Positions 1-10,091 are shown, numbered from the stretch's first letter. The stretch: DNA of 64,000 nucleotides from an archaeon (GCA_043797705.1 JAZDPJ010000002.1:20833-84832), one strand, 5' to 3'. Program-made: numbers and translations. Notes: a model not told the origin generated them from the sequence alone.

Positions 1-385
1 AACATCAAGAGGCAAATACCTCTACAAAAAATACCTAGCCATACAAGAACCCTACCAAAAACTTCTCAAAAAAGCCAGAAGCAAAGTTAAAAAAGACAAA
101 CTCCTACTATTTACATACCCCTCGACAAAACTAAGCCTAACTGGAGAGTTATCAAATGAATTACTCTACCTATACCCTGACAAAGTAATTTTAATCGGAA
201 GAGAAAAAGAAGACAGAGTGATAATGAGCATAAGAAGCCAAAAAGGAAAGCTACCAAAAATAGTAAAAAAAAGTATGGAAGGACTTGACGGCTACGGCGG
301 CGGACATGAAAACGCTTGCGGAGGAAGTGTGAGCAAAAATGATTTCAAAATATTCATAGAACGATTCAAAAAAGAGGTGAAATAA
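1..385 (+). CDS. DHH/DHHA1-family phosphoesterase, C-terminal part (5' end lies outside the window)
   Basis: Frame 2 runs open from position 2 to the TAA at 383-385. It encodes ...LDGYGGGHENACGGSVSKNDF..., and the GGGH motif is characteristic of the DHHA1 domain of RecJ/nanoRNase-like proteins. Confidence 0.5.
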   Translation, partial: TSRGKYLYKKYLAIQEPYQKLLKKARSKVKKDKLLLFTYPSTKLSLTGELSNELLYLYPDKVILIGREKEDRVIMSIRSQKGKLPKIVKKSMEGLDGYGGGHENACGGSVSKNDFKIFIERFKKEVK

Positions 386-497
386 CATAAAAAAACTATT
401 ATTCCTAGTATTCCTCCTAGTTATCCCCATAATATCTGCAAGTGAAAGCTACCTAGACCACAGCGGCCTTAAACTAACCTCTGACATTAGCGGAAAA

Positions 498-2345
498 ATG
501 AATGTAATAGAAACAGGCACAAAACCAAACTTGGAATCAATAATAGTAAACATAAGCTTCATACCCCTTGTTTCTGAATACCAAATAGGAAAAATCATAT
601 CAACAGCAATAACCCCTGCAGGACAAATAACTGAAGGCGCCGGATCACTAGTCATAAACTGGGAAAATCCCCGCCACGAACAAGAATTTTCATATCTAAT
701 AAAAACAGAAATAACAACACAGAACACCCTAAAAAAAGTATTAAACACCCAAAGATTCCCAATTTCAAATCTAGACAAAAACTATATCAGCCTCACAGAA
801 CCCACAGAATTTATAGATACAAATGAGGACATAACAAACAAAGCAGTAGAAATAATCGCCGGAGAAACCGATCTATACAAAGTGATGTTCAAGCTTGCAG
901 ACTGGGTAAAAACCAACATTAACTATGAACTAACAACACTTACCGCTGACGCTGTACAAAAATCAAGCTGGGTCCTCGAAAATAAAAGAGGAGTATGCGA
1001 TGAAATAACAAACCTATACATCTCATTACTGAGATCTGTAGGAATCCCTGCAAAATTTGTAGCAGGGCAAGCATACAGCAACATAGGCGACAGCTTCGGA
1101 AATCACGGATGGGCAGAAGCCTACTATCCTGGAAAAGGCTGGATACCCTTTGATGTAACATACGGACAATTTGGATGGGTAGACCCAACACATGTCAAAT
1201 TCAAAGAAGCAGCAGACTCAGGAGCAGCATCAGTAGACTACTCCTGGAAAGCAAGAGATATAGACCTAATATTTGATGACCTCAAAGTAGACACCAGGAT
1301 CCAAGAAGAACACAAAGACCTTGAAACATATGCAAAAATATCTGTTGAACCTATGAAATACAAAGTTGGACCCGGAAGCTATGTCCCAGTACAAGTCATA
1401 GCAGAAAACCCAAATGATTACTATGTGCCTCTTAAGATAATAGTTAAAAAAGCACCAAAACTTCTTGAAACAGAAAGCACAAAAGAAGTTCTCCTAGGAC
1501 CCCATGAAAGTACATCCGTGTTCTGGACAGTAATAATACCTGAAGAAGTTGATCCTAACTCAGTTTACTCAACTATAGTTGAAGTATACAGCCCCTTTGC
1601 CGGAACAGCAGAAAGCACAATAAAATTTGCAGAAAACTATGAAACCGTATCAAAAATGTGGGCCGAAGACATAACCGCCTCCTTAAGTGAAAGAGAAGAC
1701 AAAAGTTTCTTTCCAAACCTAGACTGGAAATGCAGCCTAAATAAAGAAACATACTACCAAGAAGAAATTGCAATACTAACCTGCAACGCAAAAAACATAG
1801 GAAACACTGTTCTGCAAAACATAAAATTCTGCTTTGAAGAAGACTGCAAAACAAAAACATTAGAAAAAGGAGTAGAAGAACAGACTACATGGAACCTCCC
1901 TCTAACAAATGAAGAAACAAGAAAAACAATCGCAACCGCTGAAAGTGAAAGCCTAATACGGTACTCGTACCCTAATCTAAAAATAATACAAGACCCTAAA
2001 GTCGAGTTAATCAATCTAAACCAAAAACCAATACCCTACAACTCAGAAGGTGAAATGACATTCACAATTAAATCAGAACACTATGCAAAAAACATAAAAC
2101 TACTGATAAACAAAGTCATACAATATGACCTCTCAGAACTAGAAGGAGATCATTCTGTAATAACAACATACCAAGGAAGATTCTTCTATACTGGGAAAAT
2201 GACAGTACAAATAATATACGAAGATGAATTAGGCAAACAATACCTAACTAATAAAGTATTTGATGTTATAATAACAGAAATCCCTTGGTATATACAACTA
2301 GTAAACTGGATAAATAACTTATTAGGTATTGAGATCCAAATTTAG
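498..2345 (+). CDS. Transglutaminase-like (Cys-His-Asp) domain protein, probably secreted
   Basis: 615-aa ORF. Core motif CDEITNLYISLLRSVGIPAKFVAG...GNHGWAEAYYPGKGWIPFDVT is typical of the transglutaminase-like cysteine protease fold. The in-frame upstream extension from 387 encodes a signal-peptide-like segment (KKLLFLVFLLVIPIISASES) with no ATG/GTG/TTG start, so the true start is uncertain. Confidence 0.6.
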   Translation: MNVIETGTKPNLESIIVNISFIPLVSEYQIGKIISTAITPAGQITEGAGSLVINWENPRHEQEFSYLIKTEITTQNTLKKVLNTQRFPISNLDKNYISLTEPTEFIDTNEDITNKAVEIIAGETDLYKVMFKLADWVKTNINYELTTLTADAVQKSSWVLENKRGVCDEITNLYISLLRSVGIPAKFVAGQAYSNIGDSFGNHGWAEAYYPGKGWIPFDVTYGQFGWVDPTHVKFKEAADSGAASVDYSWKARDIDLIFDDLKVDTRIQEEHKDLETYAKISVEPMKYKVGPGSYVPVQVIAENPNDYYVPLKIIVKKAPKLLETESTKEVLLGPHESTSVFWTVIIPEEVDPNSVYSTIVEVYSPFAGTAESTIKFAENYETVSKMWAEDITASLSEREDKSFFPNLDWKCSLNKETYYQEEIAILTCNAKNIGNTVLQNIKFCFEEDCKTKTLEKGVEEQTTWNLPLTNEETRKTIATAESESLIRYSYPNLKIIQDPKVELINLNQKPIPYNSEGEMTFTIKSEHYAKNIKLLINKVIQYDLSELEGDHSVITTYQGRFFYTGKMTVQIIYEDELGKQYLTNKVFDVIITEIPWYIQLVNWINNLLGIEIQI

Positions 2346-2465
2346 AACTACTTGGCCTGACGCTTGCGCTTCTCTTTCTTCATTCTTTTACGCTGCCATT
2401 TCCAGCGCATCTGACCTTTCTTCTTCCAACGTCTTGAGCTTCTTTTCATGGTTCTTGATATTTAA

Positions 2466-2540
2466 TGCCTCAGCCGAGATTTGAACTCGGGTCCTCGCCT
2501 CGAAAGGGCGAAATGATTGACCGGACTACACTACTGAGGC
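2466..2540 (-). tRNA. tRNA-Glu (anticodon UUC)
   Basis: 75-nt cloverleaf read on the minus strand: GCCTCAG...CTTTCGA anticodon loop (UUC)...CCGAGTTCAAATCTCGG T-arm...CTGAGGC acceptor with discriminator A. Confidence 0.85.
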
Positions 2541-2776
2541 TCGAATTCTAAAATAAAACCTGCAGTTCTTTTTAAACTTAACTGTTAGAGACTGTTTTAT
2601 TTGTTCCCAATATTTTGCACCAAATAGTAGTATTTGTAGTCTCTTTTAAGTAGTTATAAAACTATGGGTTTATAAAGAAGTAATCTGCAGGAATAATTAA
2701 AATATACAAAAAACAGGAAACTCAAAAAAAGAACAAAAAGAAGAACTAACCCCACACTACTTAGACATACTAAGAA

Positions 2777-3118
2777 ATGCAAAAAGTCAAAACCGTAAGC
2801 ATCCTTGCAAAAGAATCTCGTGAAACATGTTCTGCTTTCCCATCAAGATTAGATACAAGAACATGCCTAAAATTTACAAAACAAAACCAAAAATGCAAAA
2901 TTGATTTCAAAATAGCCTCAACAAGAGATATTGCAACAATCAAAATCAATGAATGTCTAAACATCGACAAACCTTACGAAGAATATTATAACCCCATTTT
3001 CAAAATACCTGCAACTGTAGTAGAACTAGGTCTAATTCTAAATACCAGGCCCAACAACACAGTAAAAAGATTAAATGAAGCTATGATATCCCGCCCAATG
3101 CTATACAGAACTTCCTAA
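2777..3118 (+). CDS. Hypothetical protein (weak call)
   Basis: 113-aa ORF in the gap between the tRNA and the RuBisCO gene. No recognisable motifs, and the top-strand composition bias alone favours long ORFs here. Confidence 0.2.
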   Translation: MQKVKTVSILAKESRETCSAFPSRLDTRTCLKFTKQNQKCKIDFKIASTRDIATIKINECLNIDKPYEEYYNPIFKIPATVVELGLILNTRPNNTVKRLNEAMISRPMLYRTS

Positions 3119-4386
3119 GCAGTTCCCCATTCCTTAATAGCCTTAGCCAATTCAGGATGAGTAGCAGCATACTCCCTTATAGGAACATTTCTAAGACAAG
3201 CATCCAAAGCCTGCCTAACAGCCTTAGCACCAGCTCTCGTACCATCTGGATGCGCATGAATACCGCCACCAAAATTAGCAAGAATATCCTTACCCATCCT
3301 CTTTACAAGCTCAGGAAGAACACCAGGCTGCAAACCACCTGAAGCAGTAGCAAGAACCGGCTTCAAACCATACCATTTCTGCTTTAAAACATGAGACAAC
3401 CCATCAGGCTGAACAACATCCTTTTGGATAACATTCTGTACAGCAGTAACTTCTTCCTCAGAGCCACCCATCTTACCAAGATCAACAGTACCAATATGCA
3501 AGGTATCAACACCAATCATCCTAGCAATCTTAGCCAAGAACAACATTGAAATACCGTGCTTCTCATTCCTTGTCAAAGCTCCATGCATAGCGCGATGCGC
3601 ATGAATAGGCAATGAAGAATTTCTCCTAACAGTCTGCAACGCAGACCACCCAGAAGTCAATATATCAACCATAATATAATTTCCACCCTTATCCTGAACA
3701 TATCTCAACCTCTTAATCATCTCAGAAGTCTCAGCAGTGATATTAGGCATGTAAGCCTTACGCTCACCAGTCTCAAGTTCAGCCCTGTCCTTTAATCTTA
3801 GAGTCAGATCAATACGCTCCTTAAATTTATTAAAATTCATTGAAGTAAGATTCTCATCATCCTTAACACAATCAATACCCCCCATCCAAGCCCCATAAGC
3901 AACCTGTGCATGCTGCTTAGCAGTAAGCCCCAACTTAGGCTTAACGATTGTTCCAACTAATGGCCTACTAGGAATATGAAGCAGCTTCCTTACACCTTTA
4001 ACACCAAGCCTTGGACCGTGAAATGAGGTTACTATCTTCTTGGGAAAAGTAACATCCTGCAATCTTAAATTCCTTATTGCCTTCATACCAAACACATTAC
4101 CAGCAATGCTAGAAAGAATCTGAGGTATGTTTCCAGCCTCAAACAAATCATAATGGTAAGCAATCCTCACCGCATTAGTCTTTGAGTTAATATAGAACAC
4201 ATGAGGCATTAGCTTCTGCCTTATTGTCTCATTCAAAGTATGTATGTCTGACCAAGTATCTATAGAGCTTTCGCCAGCCAAATGATTAGCTGCTTTCTGC
4301 AAAGGAATGCGATTCGGCTCCACATAATACTCACAAACAAGGTCGTTTTTCTGTGGTTCGTAGCTAAAATCAATATAATCTTTCAT
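3115..4386 (-). CDS. rbcL: Ribulose-1,5-bisphosphate carboxylase, large-subunit type III (archaeal form III RuBisCO)
   Basis: 423 aa. The carbamylated-lysine motif GGIDCVKDDENL matches GGxDxxKDDE, and the overall layout matches archaeal form III RuBisCO. Gene symbol is by family. Confidence 0.85.
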   Translation of the reverse strand: MKDYIDFSYEPQKNDLVCEYYVEPNRIPLQKAANHLAGESSIDTWSDIHTLNETIRQKLMPHVFYINSKTNAVRIAYHYDLFEAGNIPQILSSIAGNVFGMKAIRNLRLQDVTFPKKIVTSFHGPRLGVKGVRKLLHIPSRPLVGTIVKPKLGLTAKQHAQVAYGAWMGGIDCVKDDENLTSMNFNKFKERIDLTLRLKDRAELETGERKAYMPNITAETSEMIKRLRYVQDKGGNYIMVDILTSGWSALQTVRRNSSLPIHAHRAMHGALTRNEKHGISMLFLAKIARMIGVDTLHIGTVDLGKMGGSEEEVTAVQNVIQKDVVQPDGLSHVLKQKWYGLKPVLATASGGLQPGVLPELVKRMGKDILANFGGGIHAHPDGTRAGAKAVRQALDACLRNVPIREYAATHPELAKAIKEWGTA

Positions 4387-4492
4387 TATAGTTTTTCTAA
4401 TAAAAACAACTATTTAAAGAATAGGTATAAACTCCCCAGTAGTAACAGAATAGAAAGGTTTAAATACCTGCTAATGGTGTAAAAATCAAGGG

Positions 4493-4864
4493 TTGGAAAC
4501 CAAAATGAACAAAATACTAACAAGCATAATACTAGGATCAACATTACTAACAGGATGTGCAAGCAACTACTTCCTAAAAAGCTATTATATAAATGTTGGT
4601 GGAACAGAAATAACCTACCAAACAGGAACAGTACCAAACACGGGCAGAGAACTATGCATGGCAACCGAAGACAAAGAAAATTCTTATCAAAAACTAATAG
4701 ACTACCAATGTGACGAAACCGTCGAAACCTACAAAACAAGAAGACAGGACAAGACATTAAAAACAGTAAACAAAAACAAAAACAATGCAAACTGGTTTGA
4801 AACAACAATAAATACTCAATTCAAAGAACTCAAAAAAAAGGTGATAAAACAGTTGGAGGACTAA
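4493..4864 (+). CDS. Small lipoprotein (signal peptide plus lipobox LLTGC)
   Basis: N-terminus MNKILTSIILGSTLLTGCASN. Codon style matches the local plus-strand genes. Confidence 0.45.
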   Translation: METKMNKILTSIILGSTLLTGCASNYFLKSYYINVGGTEITYQTGTVPNTGRELCMATEDKENSYQKLIDYQCDETVETYKTRRQDKTLKTVNKNKNNANWFETTINTQFKELKKKVIKQLED

Positions 4865-4869
4865 AAAAA

Positions 4870-5064
4870 ATGCGAAGAAACCCACTATTATTCACCCCAG
4901 AGGAATTCAGTTTCCTACACAGCACCTTCCTGAAAGAAGGCGACGAGACAAAAGTGTTCAAGAAAATAAAATCCAAAAAAGGATACGATCTTGACAAAAG
5001 AGAGATAGACCTGATAAAAAGACGATTCCAAAAATGGAAAGGCGATAATACAGGAATGTTCTGA
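4870..5064 (+). CDS. Hypothetical small basic protein
   Basis: 64-aa ORF with local codon style and no motif. Confidence 0.3.
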   Translation: MRRNPLLFTPEEFSFLHSTFLKEGDETKVFKKIKSKKGYDLDKREIDLIKRRFQKWKGDNTGMF

Positions 5065-5069
5065 TAGAT

Positions 5070-5711
5070 TTAACCCAATAACCCATGCAGTTCAGCGACT
5101 GACTTCAGAATATAATCAGGCTTCTCCTTCTTTAGTTTCGCACGCGAATGATTACCAGTCAGAACAGCAATAACCTTTAACCCCGCACCCTTACCAGCCC
5201 GAATATCATAAACAGTATCCCCCACCATGTAACCATTCTTAATCTTAGTCTTTTTCATAGCAAGCTTCAAAGCATCAGAAGCAGGCTTAGGATGCTTAAC
5301 CTCATCATTACCAATCAGAAACCTAAAAGTAGACTTCTCAATACCAGCAGCCCTCAAAGTAGCAACCATCTCCTTATGCTTAGTATTAGAAATCAAAACC
5401 AAAGCATATTTTTTCTTAAGAAGTTTTAAAGTATGCTTAGCACCGCGAATCACACGCACATACTGAACAGTATCACCAACAACAAAACGATCATGATCAA
5501 CAACAACCTTCTCCACCTGCTTATCAGACAACTCAGGAAAAATATCCCTAACCAAAACCCTACCAACAAGACCAAACAAAGAAATAATCCTCTTAGAAGA
5601 AACTTTCGGCAAACCATTCTTCCTGAAAGCCTTATGAAACGCAGCAACATGCACACGATCAGAATAAACCAAAGTATTATCCAAATCCAAACAAATCAAC
5701 TCTTTTTTCAC
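5070..5711 (-). CDS. HAD-superfamily hydrolase (phosphatase, phosphoglycolate-phosphatase-like)
   Basis: N-terminal motif I LICLDLDNTLV matches DxDxT. Size and layout fit a HAD hydrolase. Confidence 0.7.
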   Translation of the reverse strand: MKKELICLDLDNTLVYSDRVHVAAFHKAFRKNGLPKVSSKRIISLFGLVGRVLVRDIFPELSDKQVEKVVVDHDRFVVGDTVQYVRVIRGAKHTLKLLKKKYALVLISNTKHKEMVATLRAAGIEKSTFRFLIGNDEVKHPKPASDALKLAMKKTKIKNGYMVGDTVYDIRAGKGAGLKVIAVLTGNHSRAKLKKEKPDYILKSVAELHGLLG

Positions 5712-6133
5712 TTCCTCTTCCTCTTCAAACGCTTCCTCAGACCCTTCATATGACCACGCACATACCTCAGATGTTTAGCAAATTGAGACCTGAGACCCTC
5801 AGCCACAACCCAACCTATCAAAAAAATAGCAACCAAACTAAACACAACATAAACAACAGAAGCAGTCTTCCCAACGAGACCAGCCATACGCTCCTCAGAA
5901 TCCTCCTCAGAACCCATATACCCCCTCATAGCACTCTCATTATCAAACATCACATTAACATACGCAACAGAAGGAAAATTATCAATATCAAAACACAAAG
6001 AATCCGCAGAACCTCTATGCTGCGAAACATGATACAACTCATGCGAAACAAGATTGACAAACAACATACCCGGCAACAAAACTAAAACTAGCAAAACCGC
6101 AACCCCAACCGTAATCAAAGTAAGCCTCTTCAT
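5708..6133 (-). CDS. Small membrane protein with an HExxH motif (putative membrane metalloprotease-like)
   Basis: N- and C-terminal transmembrane segments with SHELYHVSQHRG between them. Overlaps the HAD gene by 4 nt (ATGA), consistent with an operon. Confidence 0.4.
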   Translation of the reverse strand: MKRLTLITVGVAVLLVLVLLPGMLFVNLVSHELYHVSQHRGSADSLCFDIDNFPSVAYVNVMFDNESAMRGYMGSEEDSEERMAGLVGKTASVVYVVFSLVAIFLIGWVVAEGLRSQFAKHLRYVRGHMKGLRKRLKRKRK

Positions 6134-6170
6134 GAAAATAAAGGAACGATACCCTCAAAGCACCGTCCCG

Positions 6171-7091
6171 TCACCTCTTATCCCCAGAATCTCCAAGGAA
6201 AAATGATTTCTTAACCTGCCTCACAAAATCAGCAGGCCACAACACACCCAACTCCGAAACAATAGCAGTAATATGCTTCTTATCAACAATATCAAAAGCA
6301 GGATTCAAAACCTTAACCTTCGCAGGAGCATTCTTCCAAACCTCATCAGGACTACGCTGCTCAATCTCCTCCGCCTTATGAACAGTATCTGGATCAAACT
6401 TCCACGAATGAGCACAAACATAAACAGGAACATTCCTAGAAGCAGCAACCCTAGCAAACATGCCACTACCAATCTTGTTAACCACAGAACCATCAGCAGT
6501 AATAGCATCAGCACCGATAAACATAGCACTGCAATTCGAAAGAGCAACAGAAGCAGCAGAATCCACAACATAAGTCACCGGAATGTTAGCTTTACTTAGT
6601 TCAATAGCAGTTCTTCTGCCTTGGAACAAAGGCCTTGTCTCAGTATTGTAAACCCCAAACTTCTTGACACCATAAGCCTTCTTGAAAATATTCATAACAG
6701 TAGAAGCATGACAATGAGTAAACACATTAGTATTATCCCGCATCAACCCAATAGCAAAACCCTCCAGCTTCTCAGAATCAACCTTGTTATCATCAGCAAT
6801 CTTCTTAGCAGTCTCTCTAACAATCCTCTTTAAATCCTGAACCTTCTCCAAGTTAGACTCACGAACACGCTCAAGAGTAAAATTAATGAAATTACGCATC
6901 ATAGGCTCAGTAGCCCTAGTTGCGAAAAGTTCAGACTTCGCAGACCCCAACTGCTTAATAAAAACCTCCTTATTAGAAACATCAATTTTAGATGAGAAAG
7001 AAGCAAAAGCCCCCAAAGCCGCAAAAGCAACATTCTCAGCCCCCTGAATCTTGAGCTCCTTAATTCTTTTGCACACCTCTTTAAACTTCAT
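6171..7091 (-). CDS. Ribose-1,5-bisphosphate isomerase (eIF-2B alpha/beta/delta family, e2b2)
   Basis: IKELKIQGAENVAFAALGAF at the N-terminus and ...FIGADAITADGSVVNKIGSGMFA... are typical of the eIF2B/R15P isomerase family. Start set at the internal Met (MKFKEV...); the ORF track begins at 7136. Confidence 0.75.
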   Translation of the reverse strand: MKFKEVCKRIKELKIQGAENVAFAALGAFASFSSKIDVSNKEVFIKQLGSAKSELFATRATEPMMRNFINFTLERVRESNLEKVQDLKRIVRETAKKIADDNKVDSEKLEGFAIGLMRDNTNVFTHCHASTVMNIFKKAYGVKKFGVYNTETRPLFQGRRTAIELSKANIPVTYVVDSAASVALSNCSAMFIGADAITADGSVVNKIGSGMFARVAASRNVPVYVCAHSWKFDPDTVHKAEEIEQRSPDEVWKNAPAKVKVLNPAFDIVDKKHITAIVSELGVLWPADFVRQVKKSFFLGDSGDKR

Positions 7092-7173
7092 GCATAAAAC
7101 TAAGGCTATAAAGTTTATAAAGATTCTTGAAAGCAAAAATAAAGCTTATAAAATACAGAATAATCAATATAGT

Positions 7174-7578
7174 ATGCAAACGATAAAACTAAAATTCACA
7201 AAAATAGAAGTCCCAGAATTTGAAAGAAAAGGGTTCCTGCCTGTAAGGTTCCATTATGAACAGAATGGAGAAGATAAAATCCTTGAAAAGCAGTATGGAT
7301 ATGTAAAAGAAGATCCAGTAGCCTTTGCTGAAGACCTAATAGCAGAAGTGAGAAACAAATGCCGCAGAAACACAAACTCAAACTACACAGATGATGGAGT
7401 GCTATCCGGATTCATAAATGTACAACTGCAAGAAGACAGAGAAGAACTGACAGCAGAAAGAATAGCAAACGCACTAAAACAATTACGGGATAGAATAAGA
7501 AATATCAAAAACATGGCACACTCAGAGAATTACATGAACAAATATGTAGAAGTAAGAGGGATAGTACTGGAGCTGTAG
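7174..7578 (+). CDS. Hypothetical protein
   Basis: ORF 7051..7578 trimmed to the first Met that does not overlap e2b2. No motif. Confidence 0.35.
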   Translation: MQTIKLKFTKIEVPEFERKGFLPVRFHYEQNGEDKILEKQYGYVKEDPVAFAEDLIAEVRNKCRRNTNSNYTDDGVLSGFINVQLQEDREELTAERIANALKQLRDRIRNIKNMAHSENYMNKYVEVRGIVLEL

Positions 7579-7579
7579 A

Positions 7580-8458
7580 TTGACAAAAAAAATAGCTTAC
7601 ATTTACGTTGCACTAACCGTATTCTTATGGAGCTCAGTTGCAGCTGTTGGAAAAATATTACTAAAAGGCCTGGATAATTTCCAAGTACTTTTTTACATGC
7701 TAATAACTGCAATAATCGGATTGTTTATCATAATCCTATTAAAGAAAAAACTTAAAGAACTACTCAAATACAAACTAAAAGACTACTGGAGCTTCACATA
7801 TATGGGATTCCTTGGAATCTTTCTGTACAGCGCACTATTCTTCGGCGCACTAATGTTCGCACCCGCACAAGAAGCATTCATTGTCAATTATACCTGGCCA
7901 ATATGGGTAGTCATCTTTGCATCAATAATCCTCAAAGAAAAATTCACAGCAAGAAAACTAACCGCGATAATACTGGGGTTCATAGGAGTCTACACAGTAG
8001 TCACAAATGGTAAAATCCTAGAATTCACAATAACAAATGTCAAAGGAAACCTATTAGCTCTTGGAGGAGCAGTATCCTACGGGCTATTCTCAGTATTAGG
8101 GAAAAAAGACAACTATGACAAGCTAAACTCCATGTTCTTCTACCACATTTCCGGACTAATATTTGCAATACCCGCTTTACTGATATTCTCAAAAATAACC
8201 ACAATAAATCTCCCACAACTAGGAGGATTAATCTGGTTAGGAACCTTCACAACAGGAATAGCATTCACATTATGGTTCCTCGCACTAAAATACGGAGACA
8301 CGGCCAAGATGTCAAACATAATCTTCCTAACACCTCTCCTATCACTAGTATGGATATATTTTCTAATCGGAGAAAAAATATTGCCCTCCTCTGTAATAGG
8401 ACTCGTACTCATCGTAACAGGGATAATAATACAATCAGGCGACAAACTCCAGAAATGA
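7580..8458 (+). CDS. EamA/DMT-family transporter (10 transmembrane segments)
   Basis: 292 aa with two repeated 5-TM halves, typical of EamA domains. Confidence 0.75.
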   Translation: MTKKIAYIYVALTVFLWSSVAAVGKILLKGLDNFQVLFYMLITAIIGLFIIILLKKKLKELLKYKLKDYWSFTYMGFLGIFLYSALFFGALMFAPAQEAFIVNYTWPIWVVIFASIILKEKFTARKLTAIILGFIGVYTVVTNGKILEFTITNVKGNLLALGGAVSYGLFSVLGKKDNYDKLNSMFFYHISGLIFAIPALLIFSKITTINLPQLGGLIWLGTFTTGIAFTLWFLALKYGDTAKMSNIIFLTPLLSLVWIYFLIGEKILPSSVIGLVLIVTGIIIQSGDKLQK

Positions 8459-8512
8459 CCCTCAAAGATCTAACAAAAATAGAGAAAACTATTTAAATAC
8501 CCCATTATAATA

Positions 8513-8812
8513 TTGAAGAAAATGGCATATATAAAGTGTAACTACAAAGAAGCACCAGCCCCATATGGCTACTTCGTGACATTAGGACTGCCAGAAAAGG
8601 GAGGATTCTTCAAAGGCATGTTCGTAAGCAAAGAAGAGGTAATACCAACACCACTCAAAGGATACAACGGTCTGGTAAAAGCAGTCCTGCTAAGCACAAC
8701 TAAAGACCACATAGCAGTCGGAGTGAAAGATGCACTACACCATAAGGTAACAAGCATTTACATACCAAGAGACAACCTACTAGAGCATCAGAAAACTATT
8801 TTAACAGCATAA
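8513..8812 (+). CDS. Hypothetical protein
   Basis: 99-aa ORF with local codon style. Confidence 0.35.
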   Translation: MKKMAYIKCNYKEAPAPYGYFVTLGLPEKGGFFKGMFVSKEEVIPTPLKGYNGLVKAVLLSTTKDHIAVGVKDALHHKVTSIYIPRDNLLEHQKTILTA

Positions 8813-8826
8813 ACTTCTAAGAACAC

Positions 8827-9543
8827 ATGACAAAAAGCTTCTGGGAAGCAGTAAACCGAGTAATAAAAGAATCAGATGTGATAATCGAAGTACTAGACGC
8901 AAGATTCCCAGAAGAAACAAGAAACAAAGAACTTGAAGACAAAGCAAAAAAACTCGGCAAAAAGCTAATCATAGTCCTAAACAAATCAGACCTCGTAAAA
9001 AGAAAAAACCACGAAGGCATATATATATCAGCAACAAGAGAAATAGGAATTGGCAACCTAAGAAGAGAGATAAAGAAAAACCTAGAAGAAAAAGAAAGAA
9101 ACGTAATAGGCATAGTGGGATACCCTAATGTAGGAAAAAGCTCAGTCTTAAATGCTCTAGCAGAAAGAGAAGCAGCAAGAACCTCCCCTGAAAGCGGATT
9201 CACAAAAGGCATGCAACTAATAAAAGTGCAAAAAGGACTATACCTGCTGGACACACCAGGAGTAATACCCTACATGGAAAAAGACAAAGCAAAACACGCA
9301 CTAACATCAACAACAGACTTCTCAAAAATAAAAGACCCCGAAGGAGCAGCACAAGACCTAATAGACCAATTCGGCAGAGAAATAAAAAACTACTACAAAG
9401 TCAAAGGAAAAGACCCAGAAGAAATACTAGACGCAATAGCAAAAAAACTAAACAAACTAAAAAAAGGCGGAATACCAGACACAACCAACACAGCCAGAAC
9501 TATACTAATGGACTGGCAACGCGGAAAAATCAAACGCCTATAA
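8827..9543 (+). CDS. Circularly permuted GTPase (YlqF/RbgA-like ribosome-biogenesis GTPase)
   Basis: G4 (LNKSDL) precedes G1 (GYPNVGKSS) and G3 (DTPG), the order expected for a circularly permuted GTPase. Confidence 0.7.
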   Translation: MTKSFWEAVNRVIKESDVIIEVLDARFPEETRNKELEDKAKKLGKKLIIVLNKSDLVKRKNHEGIYISATREIGIGNLRREIKKNLEEKERNVIGIVGYPNVGKSSVLNALAEREAARTSPESGFTKGMQLIKVQKGLYLLDTPGVIPYMEKDKAKHALTSTTDFSKIKDPEGAAQDLIDQFGREIKNYYKVKGKDPEEILDAIAKKLNKLKKGGIPDTTNTARTILMDWQRGKIKRL

Positions 9544-9732
9544 CTTCTTAATAACTATAGCCTGAACAGGACAGATATCAGCAGCCTCTTGATTGCAACC
9601 AACCTCCTCAACTTCTGACTCCTTAGCCTTAGCCTTAGGATTGTCATCAGTAGTCATCTCAAAGTTATCACACTGAGCAGCACAAGCGCCGCAACCAATA
9701 CACAACTGCTTATCAACACTTATCTTAAACAT
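9538..9732 (-). CDS. Single-cluster 4Fe-4S ferredoxin
   Basis: CIGCGACAAQC...CPV cysteine pattern in a 64-aa protein. Confidence 0.75.
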   Translation of the reverse strand: MFKISVDKQLCIGCGACAAQCDNFEMTTDDNPKAKAKESEVEEVGCNQEAADICPVQAIVIKKL

Positions 9733-9736
9733 TCAT

Positions 9737-10048
9737 TCACCTCCCTTTAGCTGGTTTAACCTTATAAAAATTAACTGCGCAGAACAAAACATTGTCACCA
9801 AGACCAGTTCCCCAGGATAACACATAGCCTTCTGCGCCACCATACATCTTTGAATACAACTCCCAATGCTCATCAATCCATGAACCCATACATAAAGTCC
9901 CACTGTGCGCTCTCCCTGAAAGATCAGACATATGCTTATGTAATAACACAGGCTTTTTTGTAAGAAGCTTACCCAAAACCTTCTTGCCTTCAGAATCCTT
10001 AAAAGTATCCCCAGTTATATGTTCAAGCCTTCTTGATTTCATTATACC
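9737..10048 (-). CDS. Hypothetical; possibly a truncated remnant of a metallophosphoesterase-like gene
   Basis: The C-terminal ~100 aa of ORF 9737..10333 (…LHKHMSDLSGRAHSG…GDNVLFCAV…) look protein-like. The upstream part overlaps nrdG in another frame and reads as junk. Confidence 0.25.
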   Translation of the reverse strand, partial: GIMKSRRLEHITGDTFKDSEGKKVLGKLLTKKPVLLHKHMSDLSGRAHSGTLCMGSWIDEHWELYSKMYGGAEGYVLSWGTGLGDNVLFCAVNFYKVKPAKGR

Positions 10049-10091
10049 ACTGGGAAAGGAGTAGATACTGAGAACATATAAAGTTTTTGCA

